Below, piece after piece: positions 36,796-45,646 of a stretch of DNA of 64,000 bases. The position numbers were made by a program, and so were the translations under genes. The notes under the pieces are model-generated. The model was not told where the DNA came from and made no database searches. It saw nothing but the letters and a program-made list of their open reading frames with translations. The DNA comes from Acidobacteriota bacterium (lineage in GTDB: Bacteria > Acidobacteriota > Vicinamibacteria > Marinacidobacterales > Marinacidobacteraceae), in NCBI GenBank assembly GCA_022820545.1, contig JAJEFG010000097.1, positions 11,061 to 75,060 of the forward strand. The letters are read 5' to 3'. How positions within the stretch are numbered: position 1 is the stretch's first letter; each line of letters starts with the position of its first letter.

Positions 36796-38841
36796 TCACC
36801 CCGGAACTCCGGGCGCCACGCTCCGGTTTGCGGCCCATGCCTCGCTCACCAGGAGCAGCAGGAACGCGGCGAGCAACAGCCACGAAGCCGCCCGTCCGGG
36901 CAGGTCCGCAGCGACGGGGTTCGCCGCCGCCTGAGCTTCCCCCTCCGCTGCCGCCACGGCCGCGATCCGGACTTCCGCGGGGTCGAGCGTTCGAAGGTCC
37001 GATTCGGCAAGGGGAGGATTCACTCCGATCTGGTGGAAATCCGCCGTCCCCGGCCGCCGGGCGCGGTAGAAGCCGGGTTCCACGAGACGAAGCGCGTCCA
37101 TGCCGTCCAGGACGGTGCGTTCCCCCGAGGGAGAGTCGGCCAGCACCTCCTCCGCTTCTCCCGCCGGACCGCTCGCCAACCGGAACGCGGCGGCGGGATC
37201 CACGCTCTCGCCGACCCGGTAGGCAATCGGAATCCGCTCGTGACCCGCGGCGAACTCCACCATCCGGTGCAGCAGCGGGACGAATGCGGCGCGCCGGGGC
37301 AGGTCGGTCCACTCCGCGTCGAGCGAGGAAGCGAACAACAGCGTCCTCCCTTCTCCCCACTCCGACTCCACCATGGCCGGCTTGCCGTCGTCGAAACGCC
37401 CCAGGACCGCGGCATCGGGTGGGATCCCGGTGAGGTCCCGGTACCGGAAGAACGCAAGCGTGCCGAGGACCGCGGAGCCCTCACCCCCGAAGGGCTCGAA
37501 GACCGGGTGCCGGGCCGCCAGGTCTCCGAGGCGTCCCGCCGGGTCGCGGTCCACGAAACCTCCGGGCACCGCCGGGGCAAACCTCTCGAGTTCCTCGGTC
37601 GCCGCCCGCGACAGCCGGCGCGGGCCGGTGGCCATCACGAGGCCCCCGCCGTCCTCGACGAAGTCCCCGAGCGCGCGGATCGCACCGGCGTCGAGGCGGC
37701 CCGGGTCCCGGACGAGCGCCACCTGGACGCCTTCGAGCGCACCGCGCACCGCGCCTTCTCCCCGGGCCGGACCGCGGTCCAGCAGGAAACCGGGGGCGAC
37801 GCCCACTCCGAGCGCCTCGCTGACGTACACCGAGGGTGGACTGCCACCGAGGTCGGCGACCCGGATCGCCGCCTCCGGGTGGATCATCAGGTGAAAACGG
37901 TCGTCGCCCGGGAAGCCGTCTTCGGGAAGGCGCACTTCGGCGGCGAGGGGTTCGCTCGGGCGCAGGACCGGGTCGAACCGGACCGTCGTCATCCGGTCGG
38001 CCGCGGCGGTGAGCGTCTTCCGGTCCACCTGCCGGCCCGAAAGCGAGAGTTCGATCTCGCCGCTCCACTCCGGAGTCGCGGGAGAGGGCGCGAAGCCCAC
38101 CTCGGCGGTCACCACGAGCTGCTCCCGGCCGTCGGACACCACCGTCACATCCGCGATCCAGGCGTTCGCCGGCGGGCCCGCGCTCACCTGCCGCACCCGG
38201 AGTTCGACGCCGGGCGGCAGGCTGGGTTGCGGCCGGCCGTCTTCGAAACCACTCCGCTGGAGATCGGAGATCAGCACCACTTCCCGGCGCCGGCCCGCGG
38301 CCCCGGGCAGCAGGCGGCCGGCGAGGCCGAGGGCGGGGGCATAGCTCGTACCGCCGCCCCCTGCGGAGAGGTTGGCCACGGCCGGCGCCAGCGTTCCCCG
38401 GTCCCCGGTCAACTCGGTGAGCGCCGCCGCCCGCCCGTCGAAGGCGACCACGATGGCCCGGTCCTCCCGGCCCAGGCCGCTCACTTCCTCCTGCGCCGCC
38501 TCCCGGGCGGCCGCCATCCGGTTCCCCACCGTCATGCTCAGCGAGCGGTCCACGAGGACCGCCCGATCGAGCGCCGTTCCTTCCCCGCCGGCGAGCGCGC
38601 CTCCGCGCAGCACCGGCTCGGCAAACGCAGCGGCCAGCAGCAAGAGCGCGAGGCAGCGGAGGATCAGCAGGGGGATGTTCCGAAACCGGCGGCGCTTGAA
38701 CCGCGCCGTCGCGCTCGTCAACTGGAGCAGCAGGAACGAGGGGAACGGGACCGGCTCGCGCCGGCGGCGGGTGAGGTGCAGGACGATGGGGACGGCGACG
38801 AGGAGGGTTCCGAGCAGGAACAGCGGGGCCAGGAAACTCAT
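36796..38841 (-). CDS. BatA-like protein: N-terminal double-TM aerotolerance-regulator-type domain plus vWA domain
   Basis: MSFLAPLFLLGTLLVAVPIVLHL is the hallmark BatA_N start. The vWA region follows (...VLVDRSLSM...). Confidence 0.75.
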   Translation of the reverse strand: MSFLAPLFLLGTLLVAVPIVLHLTRRRREPVPFPSFLLLQLTSATARFKRRRFRNIPLLILRCLALLLLAAAFAEPVLRGGALAGGEGTALDRAVLVDRSLSMTVGNRMAAAREAAQEEVSGLGREDRAIVVAFDGRAAALTELTGDRGTLAPAVANLSAGGGGTSYAPALGLAGRLLPGAAGRRREVVLISDLQRSGFEDGRPQPSLPPGVELRVRQVSAGPPANAWIADVTVVSDGREQLVVTAEVGFAPSPATPEWSGEIELSLSGRQVDRKTLTAAADRMTTVRFDPVLRPSEPLAAEVRLPEDGFPGDDRFHLMIHPEAAIRVADLGGSPPSVYVSEALGVGVAPGFLLDRGPARGEGAVRGALEGVQVALVRDPGRLDAGAIRALGDFVEDGGGLVMATGPRRLSRAATEELERFAPAVPGGFVDRDPAGRLGDLAARHPVFEPFGGEGSAVLGTLAFFRYRDLTGIPPDAAVLGRFDDGKPAMVESEWGEGRTLLFASSLDAEWTDLPRRAAFVPLLHRMVEFAAGHERIPIAYRVGESVDPAAAFRLASGPAGEAEEVLADSPSGERTVLDGMDALRLVEPGFYRARRPGTADFHQIGVNPPLAESDLRTLDPAEVRIAAVAAAEGEAQAAANPVAADLPGRAASWLLLAAFLLLLVSEAWAANRSVAPGVPG

Positions 38842-38845
38842 GCGG

Positions 38846-38886
38846 GTTTCGCGCTACCGCGCGATGCCGACCGGAGGTCGGCGCTC
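38846..38886 (-). repeat. Type B repeat unit, solo inverted copy inserted between the DUF58 and BatA-like genes
   Basis: The first-hairpin variant GCCGACC/GGTCGGC is a compensatory double change. It is flanked by a ~26-nt duplication of the BatA-like gene start (38816-38841 vs 38890-38915). Confidence 0.65.
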
Positions 38887-38924
38887 CGAAGGAACAGCGG
38901 GGCCAGGAAGCTCATTTCCTTCCC

Positions 38925-39872
38925 TCAGCGCCTTCGGCGGCGACCTTCCCGCTCGCTCAGGTAACGGAACAGCGCGAAATCGAGCGGAGTGCTGGTATCG
39001 GTCAGGACGTAGTCGACCTCCCGCCGGACGAGTCCCGCCCGGAGCGCCCGGGTGTGCTCCGCCATCGCCTCCCGGTAGCGCTCCCGGGCGCGGGTGGGCG
39101 AGAGGTCGAGCAGGGCGCCCGACTCCAGATCGCGGAACCGCGTGCCCGATTCCTCGAAGCCGGGCGCTCCGTCGAGATCGAGGTCCACTTCGGCCGGGTC
39201 GAGGACGTGGAACACCATGATGTCGTGTCCGGTCGCCAGGAGGCGGTCGAACGCCGCCAGGACCTGCTCGGGCGGCTCGTAGAAGTCGGACACCACGGCC
39301 ACGAGGCCCCGCCGTCCGAGCGCCGCCCCCAGCTGGGCCAGCGGCGGTCCCAGATCGGAGGCGGTACTCCGCTTCCGCGTGTCCGCCTCCGGTGGCGGGT
39401 CGGCCCGGGCCAGATGCTGGAGCACGGTCTCGAGGTGCTTGGCCGACGGCGGGACGAACTCCCGCAGTTCGTGGTCGAAGATGGCCAGCCCCACCCGGTC
39501 CCGCTGGCTGCGGGAGAACGCGGTCAGGCTGCCCGCCAGGAAACGCGCGTAATCCAGCTTCCGGATGCCGCGCCAGCCGAAGTCCATGGAGCGGGAGACA
39601 TCGACGGCGACCAGGAAGTTGGCGTTCGTGTCCGCTTCGAACTCCTTCACGTGGAAGCGGTCGGAGCGCGCGAAGAGCCGCCAGTCGAGTCTCCGGATGT
39701 CGTCTCCGGGCATGTAGGGCCGGTGCTCCGCGAAGTCGATGGAACGCCCCAGGAAGGTCGAACGGTGCAACCCGCTGATGAAACCCTGCACGACCATCTT
39801 CGCGACGAGCGACAGGTTCGAGATCCGGGCGAGCGCCACGGGATCGATGAATCTCGTCTGCGCAGCCGGCAT
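38925..39872 (-). CDS. DUF58 domain protein (MoxR-associated vWA-like)
   Basis: ...LHRSTFLGRSIDFAEHRPYMPGDDIRRLDWRLFARSDRFHVKEFEADTNANFLVAVDVSRSM... is the canonical DUF58 core. Confidence 0.8.
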   Translation of the reverse strand: MPAAQTRFIDPVALARISNLSLVAKMVVQGFISGLHRSTFLGRSIDFAEHRPYMPGDDIRRLDWRLFARSDRFHVKEFEADTNANFLVAVDVSRSMDFGWRGIRKLDYARFLAGSLTAFSRSQRDRVGLAIFDHELREFVPPSAKHLETVLQHLARADPPPEADTRKRSTASDLGPPLAQLGAALGRRGLVAVVSDFYEPPEQVLAAFDRLLATGHDIMVFHVLDPAEVDLDLDGAPGFEESGTRFRDLESGALLDLSPTRARERYREAMAEHTRALRAGLVRREVDYVLTDTSTPLDFALFRYLSEREGRRRRR

Positions 39873-39913
39873 CGCCTGATTTGCCAGAGCGGTCAGGAAG
39901 GCTCTCCCGGCTG

Positions 39914-40993
<1,080 letters not shown>

Positions 40994-41003
40994 GCTCCGG
41001 CGG

Positions 41004-41876
41004 TCAGTGGATCATTCCGTAGATTACGTAGTTCACGCCGAGCTTGAACGCCTCGTTGGTCAGGTCCACCGGCCAGTAGGCGTTTCCCGACCACTCCCAG
41101 TAGTCCCCGATGTCGTGGTTGTAGTTGGCGATCACCATCAGGCGTTCTCCGGGATCGTCGTTCTCGAAGAACCCGTAGTACACCGGGACGAGGTCCGGAC
41201 GCCCGATGTGCTCGAAGTCGAGCGTCTCGATGTGGAAGAACGAGTCGAAGACCGGGTGCGAAACGTCGAGCTCCACCGCCGTGTAGCCGGGGAGGACGCG
41301 CTCCATCTGGACGAGGAAGTTCTCGAGCTGGCGGGGCTGCACGAAGTCGTCCACGACCAGGAACCCGCCCTTGAGAAGCCAGGCGCGCAGGTTCTCGGCT
41401 TCCTGGTCGCTCGGCTCCCAGAACCCGACTTCGCACAGGTAGGCGAAGGGGCGCTTGAAGAGGGCCGCCTCGTTGAGCGAGTAGATGTCGCCGCCGCCCT
41501 CGTTGAGGGTGAGCGAGGTGTACTCCCCGAGGATGCGGGTGAAGTTCTCCTCGCCCCACGGATAGTCGTGGTTCCACTTCAGGTCGAGTCCCCAGTAGAA
41601 CGGCCCCCGGCGGTAACGCGGGGGCTCGAAACGGATCCGCGCGAAGGTGAAGCGGTCGCTGTAGGCGAAGTTGTCGTAGTCGAGGGGGAGTTCCACGGCG
41701 TTCGGATCGGGACGGAAGGTCGCGGTGAGCCCGAACCGGTCCCGGGTTCCCGGGGGATCCTCCGACGCGCTCTCCAGCCGGCCGGCCGCGAAGAGGCCCG
41801 CACCCAACGCGCTCGCCAGGACGGCGGCAGCGCTGACCCGCGCCACCGTCTTCCATCTTCGCCGCGTCCGTGACAT
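41004..41876 (-). CDS. DUF4159 domain protein
   Basis: N-terminal TM, then the DUF4159-like region (...LKGGFLVVDDF... C-terminal GVNYVIYGMIH). Paralogous to 48019-48846. Confidence 0.6.
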   Translation of the reverse strand: MSRTRRRWKTVARVSAAAVLASALGAGLFAAGRLESASEDPPGTRDRFGLTATFRPDPNAVELPLDYDNFAYSDRFTFARIRFEPPRYRRGPFYWGLDLKWNHDYPWGEENFTRILGEYTSLTLNEGGGDIYSLNEAALFKRPFAYLCEVGFWEPSDQEAENLRAWLLKGGFLVVDDFVQPRQLENFLVQMERVLPGYTAVELDVSHPVFDSFFHIETLDFEHIGRPDLVPVYYGFFENDDPGERLMVIANYNHDIGDYWEWSGNAYWPVDLTNEAFKLGVNYVIYGMIH

Positions 41877-44591
41877 TCAGCCCTCCCGGCGGAGATCCAG
41901 CAGCAGCCGGAGGGCGGGATCGAAGGTGGGGGCGATCTCGAGCGCCTCGAGCACCCGGCGCCGCGCCGCGTCCCGGTCCCCGGCCCGGAAGTGGGCGAGC
42001 GCCAGCGAATAGAGGGCGCCGGCGCGGTCGGGCGCTCCGCTGGCCAGAACCGCCTGCCGTTCGCGGACCTCCAGATCGGCGAGGCCCTGCGCCGCCGCGG
42101 CCTCGGCGAGGCGCTCGTGCGGTTCGGGGAGCATGGGATACGCCTCGATGGCGGACTTCAACGCGGCTCCCGCTTCGCGCGGGTTTCCGGAATCGGAGTA
42201 GATGGCCGCCAGTTGGAGCCACTCATCGTATGCCGCCGGGAATCGCTTCAAGTGGTCGTGGAGGGAAAGCCGCGCCAGATCGGATTCACCGGCGTCGGCG
42301 TACAGGCGGGAAAGATAGCGGTAGGGCCCGTCCGGGCCGCCGTATTCGGGGGCAAGCTCGGCGGCGCGCTCAAGGCGTTCGATGGCCTCGGCGGCCCGAC
42401 CGGCCTCCTGGAGGGCGACTCCGGCGCGGATCTGGAGCACGAAGTTTGCCGGCGCCGCATCGGCGCGGGCGACGACGGCTTCGATTCTCCGATCCGGTTC
42501 CGGCGGCGGCTGGAGCGGCATCCCCTGCCCTTGGGGGCCGGACTCCTTCAGCCCGCGCGCCGTCTCCCCGAAACGGGCTTCCAGCAGTGCGTCGACCGCC
42601 TCGTCCAGCGCCTGCGGGGTGATCCCGAGGGTCTCTTCGATGACCTGCGGGGTGTCCATGCCCTGCCGGTAGCCCTCGAGCATCTCGAGGATCGCGGGGA
42701 ACCCGTACTCCCGTTCCAGGTGTTCCAGGACGAGCGAGGCGTGAAAGTAGGACACGGCCACCTGGCCCGGCCAGGTCGGCCGCACGAAACCGTCGTCGAG
42801 GTGGGGAATGTCGAGGAGTTGGCCGTCCCGGAGCGCGGTGTAGAACGGGAGGCTGGCCCCGTCCCCGAAGCGCCAGCGCTCTTCGAGCAGGCTGAGCCCC
42901 TCCGTGAACCAGCGTGGGACACGGTTGTCGGTAAGGCCCATGGCCGCCGCGTGCGCCAGCTCGTGCCAGAGCGTCGAGGCCCAGTGGTACGTTCCGATTC
43001 CGCGCGCCGAAGGCGATTCGAGGGCGATCACGTTCCCGAAGCAGACGCCGTGGGCGCCGATCCCGGGGATGCCCACGGTCCGTACCGAGAAGTCGGCGGA
43101 ACGGTCGTAGATCTCGATGCGGAGGGTCTCCGGAGCTTCGTACCCGTACCGGTCCCGGAAGGAGTCCACCGCTTCCCGCGAGAGGGCTTCCACGTAGGGG
43201 CGGAGGACCTCCGCCTCGGCGGCCGGGAGAACGAACTCGAAGGGCGGCGAACTGACCCGGGTGAATCCGTCCAGTTCGTCCAGCAGATCGAGGGTGTTCT
43301 TCACCAGGGCATCGAACGGATCGCGCTCGAAGGCGTCTTCCAGCACCTTGCGGCCCTCGCCGACGTCGCCGAGGCGGAGCAGATTGAGGCCCAGCAGCCG
43401 CAGGGCCGCGGCCGAGTCCGGGCTCCTCCGGAGCGCCGCCCGGCTTCGCTGGGCCGCCTCCTCGTACCAGCGACGCCGCTCGGAGGCGGAGGCAAGCGCC
43501 AGATCGAAGAGCGGGTCGCCCGCCCAGTTGTGCAGATAGCGGGCCTCCAATTCGAAGAGCTCGGGCTCTTCGCCGGCGAGCAGGCGGACCGCCGCGAGGG
43601 CGGAGAGCGTTTCGGGGGCGTCCGCCAGCGAGTCCACGGCGTCGGCGGCGCGCTGCTCCGCTTCTTCACGGCGGTCCTGTTCGAGCAGCCGCTGCACTTC
43701 GAGCGCGCGCGCCGGCGGAAAGTGCGGATTGACGGCCAGGGCCTCCGCCAGCGCGTCGATCGGATCGCCTCCTTCGGCCAGGGCGGCGATCTGCCGATCC
43801 TGGAGGCGGGCCGCCAGGAAGAGGCCGTGGGGATGCCTGGGGTTGATTCGGAGCACCGCCGAGATGCTCTCCGCGGCCTCCGCGGTGTTGAACTTGTCGA
43901 GCAGGAGCTCCGCGGCCAGCAACGAGGGCAGCGGATCGCCCGGATCCAGGACCGCCGCCTCGTCGAAGACCCGCAGCGCGTCGCGGAACAGTCCCGAGCT
44001 CTGGAACCCGAGCGCGGCGGCAGCCTGCCCCACCGCGGCGAGTTCGCGGGCGCGGAACACGGCTCCGGGCAGCGTGTTGTAGGCGTCGATCACCTCGTCC
44101 AGGCGGGCGAGCCCCGCCTGTCGTTTGCCGCGTCGCAGCTCGAGCAGGCCGAGGAGGGTCTCCGCCTCGAGGGAACTCCCGTCGGACGCCGGGCCCACCC
44201 GTTCGATGTGCCGCCGCAGCAGGTCCTCCGCCGCCTCGCCTTCCCCGATCTCGAGATGGATTTCGGCCCGCGCCAGGAGTTCCGCGGGGAGCGGGCTCGC
44301 CCCGACCTCCGGCTCGAGAACCTCCAGCGCCTCCCGGTAGCGGCCGGTCAACCGCAGCGTTTCGGCCAGTCCGCGCCGGGCGCCGGGCTCGGAAAGCGCC
44401 GCCCGATAGGCCGCCTCCGCCTCATCGTAACGGCCGCCCCGCAGGGCCGCGGCTGCGGTTTCCGGCCCCCCCGGCCACCCGTTCGAGGCTGAGGCTTCGT
44501 CCTGCGGCGCGGACGGCGCCGCCGGAAGGCCGACGAGGAGCGGGGTGAGCACCGCGGCCGTCCGCGCGGGGCCGCACGGCCAGCCTCTCAC
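41877..44591 (-). CDS. TPR-repeat protein fused to a peptidase-MA-like zincin domain (HELAH...E)
   Basis: Multiple TPR-like helical repeats at both ends. Central GIGTYHWASTLWHELAHAAAMGLTDNRVPRWFTEGLSLLEE is an HExxH plus downstream Glu (gluzincin pattern). GTGA overlap with the upstream gene. Confidence 0.6.
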   Translation of the reverse strand: MRGWPCGPARTAAVLTPLLVGLPAAPSAPQDEASASNGWPGGPETAAAALRGGRYDEAEAAYRAALSEPGARRGLAETLRLTGRYREALEVLEPEVGASPLPAELLARAEIHLEIGEGEAAEDLLRRHIERVGPASDGSSLEAETLLGLLELRRGKRQAGLARLDEVIDAYNTLPGAVFRARELAAVGQAAAALGFQSSGLFRDALRVFDEAAVLDPGDPLPSLLAAELLLDKFNTAEAAESISAVLRINPRHPHGLFLAARLQDRQIAALAEGGDPIDALAEALAVNPHFPPARALEVQRLLEQDRREEAEQRAADAVDSLADAPETLSALAAVRLLAGEEPELFELEARYLHNWAGDPLFDLALASASERRRWYEEAAQRSRAALRRSPDSAAALRLLGLNLLRLGDVGEGRKVLEDAFERDPFDALVKNTLDLLDELDGFTRVSSPPFEFVLPAAEAEVLRPYVEALSREAVDSFRDRYGYEAPETLRIEIYDRSADFSVRTVGIPGIGAHGVCFGNVIALESPSARGIGTYHWASTLWHELAHAAAMGLTDNRVPRWFTEGLSLLEERWRFGDGASLPFYTALRDGQLLDIPHLDDGFVRPTWPGQVAVSYFHASLVLEHLEREYGFPAILEMLEGYRQGMDTPQVIEETLGITPQALDEAVDALLEARFGETARGLKESGPQGQGMPLQPPPEPDRRIEAVVARADAAPANFVLQIRAGVALQEAGRAAEAIERLERAAELAPEYGGPDGPYRYLSRLYADAGESDLARLSLHDHLKRFPAAYDEWLQLAAIYSDSGNPREAGAALKSAIEAYPMLPEPHERLAEAAAAQGLADLEVRERQAVLASGAPDRAGALYSLALAHFRAGDRDAARRRVLEALEIAPTFDPALRLLLDLRREG

Positions 44592-45646
44592 GGGGTCTCC
44601 TCCCGGAGCGCGGCGATCCGTTCCGCGATTTCGGCGATCTGGAGGAGAAGCGTCTCCAGTTCGGCCAGGTAGGCCTCCTCCTCCATTCCTTCCCGCGCCT
44701 CCCGGAGAGCGTCCACGCGAGCGGCGAGCGCGTCCCGTTCGGCAACCAGCCGGCGAATCTCCGGTGTATCCGCCGAGGTATCCGCGACGGCTTCCCCGCT
44801 CCGGATGAGCAGTGCCCGCCGCCCGGCCAGCACCCCGTCCATCCCCGCCGCCATCTCCGGCTCGAGACTGCCGACCCCGTCGCCGTTGTCGTCCAGCAGC
44901 GCGTGCTCGGTCCGCAGCAGACCCTCCTGCTCGTACTCGCGTTCCACGCCGCGCCGGGCGAAATCGAAGGCCTCCAGAACCGAGAGGCGTCCGTCCTTGT
45001 TCCGGTCCCCTTCGTCTCCGGCCAGCGCGGCGATGAAATGCCGCGGGAAGCGGGTCTCGTTGGTCTCGCCCGCGCGCGTCGCCGCGAGCACCACCCGTCC
45101 GGGTCCGGCGAGAGCCGGGAGGAAGGCCCCCGCGGCGCTTCCGAGGTGCGCGACGGTGACCGGTCCCGATCCGAAGCCGCTCAACATCTCGCCGAGACGC
45201 TCCGGAGACAGATCGGGGCCGGGGAGCTGAAAGCGCGGGCTGCTCCCCGCGCTCCCGTGGCCGATCAGGACCAGCACCAGCCCCGCCCCGGCGGCTTCCG
45301 GCCCGCGGGCGGCCTCGATTTCACGGGCGAGTTCCTCCTGGGTGCTCCGCGCCACGGGAGCGCAGGAGGCTTCCGGCTCCCCATCCTCGGGAAGGCGCTC
45401 CACGAGCACCCGCACCCGGCCCGGAGCGGGGGCCTCCAGTGCGGCGGCGCAGAGGTCGCGCGCCCAACCCGAGAACCGCTCCCGATGCTCGGGAGTGCCG
45501 CCGACACCCGCGACGATGAGCAGCGCGGGGACGTCGGCGCTGCCGTTTTCCACCGCCTCGGCCCGGACTCCCGCCAGGGCGAGAACAGCGAGGAAAGCGG
45601 CGCTGAAGCGCCGGTGCGTCGGGCGGCGGGCAGCCGCGTCGTTCAC
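44588..45646 (-). CDS. secreted hypothetical protein with C-terminal coiled coil
   Basis: Signal FSAAFLAVLALAGVRAEA. No recognised catalytic motif. The C-terminal 60 aa are heptad-like. GTGA-coupled on both sides within the operon. Confidence 0.5.
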   Translation of the reverse strand: MNDAAARRPTHRRFSAAFLAVLALAGVRAEAVENGSADVPALLIVAGVGGTPEHRERFSGWARDLCAAALEAPAPGRVRVLVERLPEDGEPEASCAPVARSTQEELAREIEAARGPEAAGAGLVLVLIGHGSAGSSPRFQLPGPDLSPERLGEMLSGFGSGPVTVAHLGSAAGAFLPALAGPGRVVLAATRAGETNETRFPRHFIAALAGDEGDRNKDGRLSVLEAFDFARRGVEREYEQEGLLRTEHALLDDNGDGVGSLEPEMAAGMDGVLAGRRALLIRSGEAVADTSADTPEIRRLVAERDALAARVDALREAREGMEEEAYLAELETLLLQIAEIAERIAALREETP

